A stretch of 38,467 bases of DNA from a virus (taxonomy: Duplodnaviria > Caudoviricetes): positions 1 through 38,467 of the IMG/VR virus record IMGVR_UViG_3300044580_000551. One strand, given 5' to 3'. The notes beneath the pieces were generated by a model, which had not been told where the DNA came from, did no database searches, and was given only the letters and a program-made list of their open reading frames with translations. Positions 32,673 to 38,467 of this stretch are shown piece by piece (the first letter of the stretch is position 1; every line of letters begins with the position of its first letter). The position numbers and the translations under genes were made by a program.

Positions 32673-35516
32673 TTAACCCTCCTCTGTGATTTCCTCTAAT
32701 TCTCCAAACCTCACTCCGAATGCCGCTTCTGCAATAATTGGCACGTCAAACTCCTCAAAAGGCCGCTCTTCCATGCAGGCTTTGACAAAGGCCGCCGCCT
32801 CGCGCACCTTGCCTTCCGGAAGCTCAAACACCAGCTCGTCATGGATCTGCAAAACCGGTCGCAGCCACATCCTCTGCGGCAGGCCCTCAATGATGCGGCC
32901 CAGGGCAAGCTTCAAAATATCCGCCGCCGTTCCTTGTATCGGGGTATTGAGCGCGCACCGCTCGGCAAAGCTCTTTTTGCCCCAGTCGGCGGAAGCAATG
33001 TCCGGCAGATACCGTCTCCTGCCAAGCCAGGTTTCCGTATATCGCTTTGACGCCGCGCGCTTTTTTGTTTCCTCCTGCCACAAGGCGAGCTTTGGGTAAC
33101 CTGCTTTAAGGTTTGCTATAATCCGCTCGCATTCCGAAAGCGGAGTGTCCAGTCCAGCCTTGAATTTCAGGTTTCGCTGAAGCCCCTTTGGGAACAGGCC
33201 GTAGAACACCCCGAAATTGCAGTTTTTCGCGATAGCGCGGCGTTCCTTGTAATGCTCCGCGTTTTTGTCCGCCGCCTGCCCGAAGGGGATGCGGTAGATA
33301 ACGGACGTAGTTTGGGCGTGAATGTCTCCATTGTTCCTATATGTTTCCAGCATCCTCTCGTCCCGGCAGTAGAACGCGCCGACCCGAAGCTCGATCTGGG
33401 AAAAGTCCAGCGAAAGCAGCGCCTTCCCCTTGGGCGCGATAAAGAAATTGCGCACGCCGACTGGGTCGTTGTCCTTGCGGGGACAGTTACCTGTTATGCA
33501 CACACGGCCGCCCCGACGCACAACGATAAACCCGCTGGGTACGCTGACGCAGTAAACCTTACCGGAGAACGCCATCGTGTCTTTTTCGATGTTGCTGGTC
33601 AAGCTGTAATTCCGGTCTGTCACATCCAGCTGATAATTGACTGCCGAGTTGGGGTTGCCGTTGTGGTACCGGCGCAGATTGGCCCGCCGCCCTGTCAGCA
33701 CATACAATATCTGCATCCAATCAGCATTCTGCTTTACAGAACTGCTATAGTGGTTGCTCCTTGTAAAGCAACCGTCCCAATGCAAAATCTCGGAAAGCAG
33801 CCCGTTCACGGTCTGGCGATCATAATCCAACAACCACTTGCCCCACACTTTTTCATCTCCAAGAGTACGCATGATCCACGCACAAAACGGACTTTTTTTG
33901 AGCCGCAGGGTTACCTTGCCGTCCTGCCGAACGCGGTCAGAAAACGGCAAATCCAACTCGTGAAGAGCTTGCAGCAAACGCCGGTATTTCCGCGCCTTTG
34001 CGAAGGTGAAATCAATACCGCCGTCGTGATAATAACCATCGGCTTGCGCTGCCGCCAGCAGCGTAATTTCTGCAGGTTTCAGATGTTTATTGCCAAAGCG
34101 GTATTGACCCGCATGAAGCTGCCTGCAGTCGGCGGCGTATTCCGCAGCTGGAACGATGAAAAACTGCCGTGTTTTTCTGTTTTGCAGCAGACACCGATGG
34201 TCAGGGGTCATACAAAGGTCGATGTGCTGATTTTTTAGACACACCATTTCTCCTTCATACTGCCGGACAATGATCTCCAGCGGAGACACAAAATCAATTT
34301 CACCATCCAACCACTGCGCAACGCTGTCCCCAGAGGCCAGCTCGGGAAACGATACGAAACCTCGCTGGGTAAGGATTTCGGTATTTTCATCAAAACAGTT
34401 TTGAAGGTTTGGATTTCTTGCCGCAAAGCGTCCCGTCTCGGTTCCCAATGGAAACAGGTCAGGGTGGATTCTGCCGGTGACGCTGTTTATATGCTCCAGA
34501 TACCCGTCTATGTAGGTGGATTTGATCTTGCCCCATCTGCGGTACTCCTGCACCAGTTCAAACAGCGCCGCAAGCTCCGGCCGGTTTTCGCGGCACCATT
34601 CTGCAAGCAGGATCATGGCCTCGTCGTCCATGGCTTCCTGGTATTTGGCCGTCGTTTTAAATACCGGCAGCTTCAAATCGTCGTACAGATATTTTTTGAA
34701 AGCCGAGGTTGAAGCGTTCGCCCCGATATTCACGTCGCCGGTCGTAAAAGCGATCTCTTCTTTTAATTGCTTAATCCTTTCCTCGGCCTCCGCCTGCTTT
34801 TTAAGCATCAGTTCCTTATCCGCAAGCAGGCCGTTGTACTTCATAAACCCGCAGTAAACCGCCGCGGGCGATTCAAGCTTTTCCACAATAAGGCGGTGCT
34901 TGGGCAGATATCGGTTAAACCAGTCATTGAACAGATGATACAGCCGTAAGGTAAAGTCGCTGTCGGCACAGGCATAGCGGATGGTTTCTTCGTCCTGCGG
35001 ATCCAGTTCGTCGAAATACCGGCCTGCCGTCACCGTTTCAAAGCTTGGCAGGTTCACGCCAAACAGTTCCTGCGCGAGCGTCTTCAGCCCGCTGTCTGCA
35101 AGTGTCCTGAATGCTGTATTGTTTTTCAGCGTCATCTGCGCCGCCGCGATGGTGTCATAGCAGGGCGGCTGCAGCACGACGCCGAGGGCGTACAGGAACA
35201 TTGCCTCAAAGCTCAGGTTATGAGCGATTTTTACAATCTCTTTATTTTCAAACACACTCTCTGACAGCCATTGCATGATCTTATCCGGCGAACCGGCATT
35301 CCTTCCTGTTTTATGCCTTAACGGAACATATACAGCCGTTCCTTCGAAAATGGAAAAACTTACTCCAACAATATCCGCCTTATGGGCGTCCAGCGCCGCC
35401 TTTTCATCCCTGCGGCATTCCTCCCGGGGTGCGGTTTCAAAGTCGAATGCAATTAAGCGCGCTTTATCAAGATACTCTCGTAATTCCGTTAAATCTGTCA
35501 CGCATTTGTATTCCAT
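32673..35516 (-). CDS. polA: Family A DNA polymerase with 3'-5' exonuclease, intein-containing
   Basis: AFDFET exo I, YACADS exo III, TETGRF, DFSQIELR, KNCNFGVFYG, IHDELVFE; ATG 35516 after AAGGAGG. Confidence 0.95.
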   Translation of the reverse strand: MEYKCVTDLTELREYLDKARLIAFDFETAPREECRRDEKAALDAHKADIVGVSFSIFEGTAVYVPLRHKTGRNAGSPDKIMQWLSESVFENKEIVKIAHNLSFEAMFLYALGVVLQPPCYDTIAAAQMTLKNNTAFRTLADSGLKTLAQELFGVNLPSFETVTAGRYFDELDPQDEETIRYACADSDFTLRLYHLFNDWFNRYLPKHRLIVEKLESPAAVYCGFMKYNGLLADKELMLKKQAEAEERIKQLKEEIAFTTGDVNIGANASTSAFKKYLYDDLKLPVFKTTAKYQEAMDDEAMILLAEWCRENRPELAALFELVQEYRRWGKIKSTYIDGYLEHINSVTGRIHPDLFPLGTETGRFAARNPNLQNCFDENTEILTQRGFVSFPELASGDSVAQWLDGEIDFVSPLEIIVRQYEGEMVCLKNQHIDLCMTPDHRCLLQNRKTRQFFIVPAAEYAADCRQLHAGQYRFGNKHLKPAEITLLAAAQADGYYHDGGIDFTFAKARKYRRLLQALHELDLPFSDRVRQDGKVTLRLKKSPFCAWIMRTLGDEKVWGKWLLDYDRQTVNGLLSEILHWDGCFTRSNHYSSSVKQNADWMQILYVLTGRRANLRRYHNGNPNSAVNYQLDVTDRNYSLTSNIEKDTMAFSGKVYCVSVPSGFIVVRRGGRVCITGNCPRKDNDPVGVRNFFIAPKGKALLSLDFSQIELRVGAFYCRDERMLETYRNNGDIHAQTTSVIYRIPFGQAADKNAEHYKERRAIAKNCNFGVFYGLFPKGLQRNLKFKAGLDTPLSECERIIANLKAGYPKLALWQEETKKRAASKRYTETWLGRRRYLPDIASADWGKKSFAERCALNTPIQGTAADILKLALGRIIEGLPQRMWLRPVLQIHDELVFELPEGKVREAAAFVKACMEERPFEEFDVPIIAEAAFGVRFGELEEITEEG
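33486..34397 (-). mobile_element. Intein (304 aa) with LAGLIDADG-type endonuclease region
   Basis: NLQN|CFDENTEILT ... TPDH ... VYCVSVP ... ITGN|CP; LLAAAQADG and LLSEILHWDG motifs. Confidence 0.93.
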
Positions 35517-35581
35517 AGTCCCTCCTTGCCGCCCGGAGCAGGGAGGCGGCATGCGCCGCGCTCCCCGCCACAGGCTGTATT

Positions 35582-36385
35582 TCATTTTAAAGGCTCAACC
35601 GGGGTCCCCGCGAAGCCTGCTTCGTGGGGTGGGATTACTTCGCCAGTTTCGGGATCCGCAAACGGCGCTTTATCAATGTCCGCTTCCACGGTATTGTCCG
35701 CCTCGAAGCCGACCCGCCTGCTGTACTCCCTGACCTGCTCGGACAGCCTGCCGATAAGCGCGTATTCCTCGGCCGTCAGCGGCCTGTCGATGGCGAACTG
35801 TGCCTGCGAATAGGCGATGCCGCCGCTGTTGGTGGCTTTCTTTAAAGAAAAACGTGTCACCACGCTGTTGGATTTCCTGCCCTTGGACAGCAGGCGCTTG
35901 ACGTATTTCGTAAACTCCTTTAAAGAGCCGGTTGGGAGGGACAAGAGCAGCGGGAAAATCTCCCCCTCGCGCAAAACATAGATCCTGCGGCGGTTTTTGC
36001 ACGCCTTGCTGCCGTTTTCGCCGGTGCCGAACCGGTTCAATGGGCAGGCGGCACAATTCCCGCCAGGGTCGCCTTCGCCGGTTATGCCGTCGAAGCTTCC
36101 GCAGTCAGGGGGCTGGTTTCCTCCGGTGTATTTTGTCTTGTAGTAGGCATGCAGCGGATGATGGTACAAAATCACCGCCGAGAATTCCTTGACCGTATCC
36201 GGCTCGCCCGGGTTTTCGCCGGGCACTTCAAAAACAGTGCTGCCCGCCGACGGGATTTTAATCCGCTCAAAGCTCATATCCAAGCCGTCCAGCTCTTCCG
36301 CCATCATTCCTGCCATGTTGAAATCGGCAAGCCTTAAAAAACCGTTGTCCTGCTTGGTTAACGACGTTTCTTTTTTAGCCGACAT
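35582..36385 (-). CDS. Putative ssDNA-binding protein of replication module
   Basis: Upstream of polA; Cys cluster (C..CAAC..C), acidic DPETGEV tail; function inferred. Confidence 0.55.
   Translation of the reverse strand: MSAKKETSLTKQDNGFLRLADFNMAGMMAEELDGLDMSFERIKIPSAGSTVFEVPGENPGEPDTVKEFSAVILYHHPLHAYYKTKYTGGNQPPDCGSFDGITGEGDPGGNCAACPLNRFGTGENGSKACKNRRRIYVLREGEIFPLLLSLPTGSLKEFTKYVKRLLSKGRKSNSVVTRFSLKKATNSGGIAYSQAQFAIDRPLTAEEYALIGRLSEQVREYSRRVGFEADNTVEADIDKAPFADPETGEVIPPHEAGFAGTPVEPLK
35601..35630. repeat. 30-bp palindromic element GGGGTCCC-hairpin-TGGGGT (copy B), in frame within a gene
   Basis: GGGGTCCCCG CGAAG cctg CTTCG TGGGGT. Confidence 0.7.
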
Positions 36386-36430
36386 ATTCCATACCTCCAA
36401 TTCTCAATGTGTTTTTTACTTTTCACATGA

Positions 36431-36853
36431 TTACTTTGCCGCTTTTCTCATTCCGACCGAGGTTTTTTCAAAGACGTTCACAAGTCCTGAAAGCCAGCCG
36501 GGAAGCTCATCGTTGTTTTCTTCCATCTGCTCCTTGACAAAGGCCGACAGGGAGTTTGCGTTGACCGTTTCATAAACCAGATCTCCGAAACCGGCTTTTT
36601 TGAGCGCTAAGTACAGCTCCTCTTTCCGGCCCGCGGCAGCCGACGCCCTCGTCGTGCCGGTCAGGTAGAACATCACGCCGCCCCGGGTAAAGTTCTGCGT
36701 TTCGGTTTCCGCCATCAGCTCCGACAGGCGGTATTCCGTCTCGTCGATCCTGTCGTTGATTTCCTTGAGTTCCTGCTCTGCGGATTTCTTCAAGTCCTTA
36801 AGTTCTTTAAGCTGTTCTGCCAGTTCAAACATTTTCTCACCTTGCTCGTTCAT
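36431..36853 (-). CDS. Hypothetical phage replication-module protein
   Basis: RBS, ATGA coupling to helicase gene, N-terminal coiled coil. Confidence 0.75.
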   Translation of the reverse strand: MNEQGEKMFELAEQLKELKDLKKSAEQELKEINDRIDETEYRLSELMAETETQNFTRGGVMFYLTGTTRASAAAGRKEELYLALKKAGFGDLVYETVNANSLSAFVKEQMEENNDELPGWLSGLVNVFEKTSVGMRKAAK

Positions 36854-38313
36854 GTTTTTTCACCCCCTGCCGCAAAAGGATTGAGCCCGCTTCTGTAATC
36901 GTCCACCAGCATTCTCGCCAGATCTGCCTTATCCCTCAGCGCCTTCAGCACTTTCTCATCGACGGTGCCTTTTGCCGTCAGGTACAGATAGGTGCAGTTC
37001 TCCATTTGCCCTACGCGGTGGATGCGGGCCTTGGCCTGCTCGAAATTGCTCATGCTGTAGTCGAGCGAGTAAAACACCATGGTGCTGGCGGCGGTAAGTG
37101 TCACGCCCAGTCCCGCAGTCGCGATCTGTCCGACAAACACCTGCACCTCCGGGTCGTTCTGAAACGCCGCCACCTGCTCCTCGCGGTCTTTCACGCCGCC
37201 CATGAGAAGCGAGTACCCGATGCCTTTTTTCTCAAGGAGCCTGCAGATGGCTTTGATTTCCGGTATGAACCGCGCGATAACCACCAGCTTTTTCCCGCTT
37301 TGCAACACATCCTCGATAATATCCTCCAGCGCTTCCTCTTTTGCCGTGCTGACGCGCTGCACAGGGCCGCCTTCGTCGCCGCCGATAAAGCCGCCGGTTA
37401 TCTGCGACAGCCGGAGCAGGCGCGTAAGTATGTTTGTCACAGTCACCTCGCTATGACCCAACTCAGCGTAGCTGTCCCTTACCAGATCCCTGTAAATCTT
37501 CATGGCGGCGGGTTCCATCTCCACGTACCGCACAATATCGGTGGTTTCCGGCAGGTCTAAGCATTCGGCCTTGGTTGCCCGGAAGGCGACGCTGTGCAGG
37601 CGGCGCATCAAATCCTGCTCCATTGATTTTTTCAATACCGGCGTGTGGTTGCCGTAGCCTGTCATGTCAAAGTACCTATTGCGGAATACATAGAAGCTCT
37701 GGCCGAAGATGGCGGGACTCAAGAATTTGTACTGGCTGAACACGTCGATGGCTTTGTTGGTAATGACCGTCCCTGTGAGCAGCAGCCTGTACCTTGCCCG
37801 CGCGCCCAGCCGGTGCATTGCCTTGGATGCCGCGATGTTGTGGGTTTTGATCTTGTGGCCTTCGTCGGCGATGATCATGTCGGGGATCCATACGGACAAT
37901 TCCTTTTCCAGCCGCCACGCCGATTCATAATTGATCACCGCGACTTGCAGGGGAGCACCGCGCATGTGCCGCAGGGTATCGATCTTCTTTGCGGCGCTGC
38001 CTTCAAGAACAGCAAGGCTGTAATCGAAATCCGCAAACTTGGCGAATTCCTCTTCCCAAACACCAAGGATAGAAAGCGGGGCCACCACCAGAACCCTGCG
38101 GATTTTACCCGCCCGATACAGAGCGCCGGCGACCGCAATGCTTGTTATGGTCTTGCCGGTGCCCATCTCCATGAGCAGAGCCGCGCCGGAAGATGGCATC
38201 CCGCTTGCCGGAATCAGCCCGAACTTGCCGCAAACAAAATTGAACGCTTCAATTTGATGTTTATACGGCGCGGCTTTAATCGGCATGGGCAGCAGCGGTT
38301 TCGGCTGTTCCAC
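36850..38313 (-). CDS. SNF2-family helicase
   Basis: MEMGTGKT, DEGH, LTGT, GLGVTL, QAKARIHRVGQ. Confidence 0.93.
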   Translation of the reverse strand: MEQPKPLLPMPIKAAPYKHQIEAFNFVCGKFGLIPASGMPSSGAALLMEMGTGKTITSIAVAGALYRAGKIRRVLVVAPLSILGVWEEEFAKFADFDYSLAVLEGSAAKKIDTLRHMRGAPLQVAVINYESAWRLEKELSVWIPDMIIADEGHKIKTHNIAASKAMHRLGARARYRLLLTGTVITNKAIDVFSQYKFLSPAIFGQSFYVFRNRYFDMTGYGNHTPVLKKSMEQDLMRRLHSVAFRATKAECLDLPETTDIVRYVEMEPAAMKIYRDLVRDSYAELGHSEVTVTNILTRLLRLSQITGGFIGGDEGGPVQRVSTAKEEALEDIIEDVLQSGKKLVVIARFIPEIKAICRLLEKKGIGYSLLMGGVKDREEQVAAFQNDPEVQVFVGQIATAGLGVTLTAASTMVFYSLDYSMSNFEQAKARIHRVGQMENCTYLYLTAKGTVDEKVLKALRDKADLARMLVDDYRSGLNPFAAGGEKT

Positions 38314-38467
38314 CCGTCTTGTCCCTCCCTTCGTCAGGCGGCTTTTCGATTGCCGCCAGTTTTTTTGCCAGCCGCTTTGACACCACGCTGATGGCGGTCA
38401 GGATGCCTACCAGTTCTTCCGTCGTTTCTTCGCTCTGCGTCAAAGCGGCATTCACACTTTTTTTCAT
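38276..38467 (-). CDS. Small hypothetical protein
   Basis: 63-aa ORF in operon orientation, helical ELVGILTAISVVSKRLA segment. Confidence 0.6.
   Translation of the reverse strand: MKKSVNAALTQSEETTEELVGILTAISVVSKRLAKKLAAIEKPPDEGRDKTGGTAETAAAHAD

Larger units (their letters stand above)
1..38467 (-). mobile_element. Prophage (siphovirus morphotype, HK97-type head, cos-type packaging), partial
   Basis: Contiguous co-oriented replication, packaging, head, tail, lysis and integration genes; no host genes recognised; ends and att sites not in view. Confidence 0.97.

Noticed and set aside
160-38391. Many long + strand ORFs (e.g. 160-1014, 2882-3820, 6291-7484, 15554-16462, 33252-34238)
   Set aside because: Antisense shadows of well-supported minus-strand genes; no recognisable motifs.

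Overview
The window is most of one temperate siphovirus-type prophage of a Bacillota (probably Clostridia) host. All credible genes lie on the minus strand. In transcription order (right to left) the modules are: (1) replication: SNF2 helicase, putative SSB, family A DNA polymerase with a 304-aa intein, primase-SF3 helicase, iteron origin, VRR-NUC; (2) a RinA/ArpU-like late regulator; (3) packaging: HNH, cos candidate, TerS, two ParB-fused DNA methyltransferases, an inserted amidoligase/gamma-glutamylcyclotransferase cassette, TerL; (4) HK97-type head; (5) non-contractile tail with a -1 frameshift chaperone pair, Dit, a LamG-Tal protein and an unusual GH18 protein; (6) holin-endolysin; (7) three serine-recombinase genes. 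The repressor module and att sites are not visible. The most unusual signals are two copies of a 30/33-bp GGGGTCCC-hairpin-TGGGGT element at gene 3' ends, a carbohydrate-binding fold apparently split over three in-frame tail ORFs, a GH18 barrel with a ~475-aa insertion, a probable catalytically dead amidoligase paralogue, and a CCTTGCT-N22-ATGT(A/C)C motif shared by the recombinase and amidoligase operons. Family names come from motif recognition only; no searches were run. Several start codons were refined from the ORF track using RBS position.
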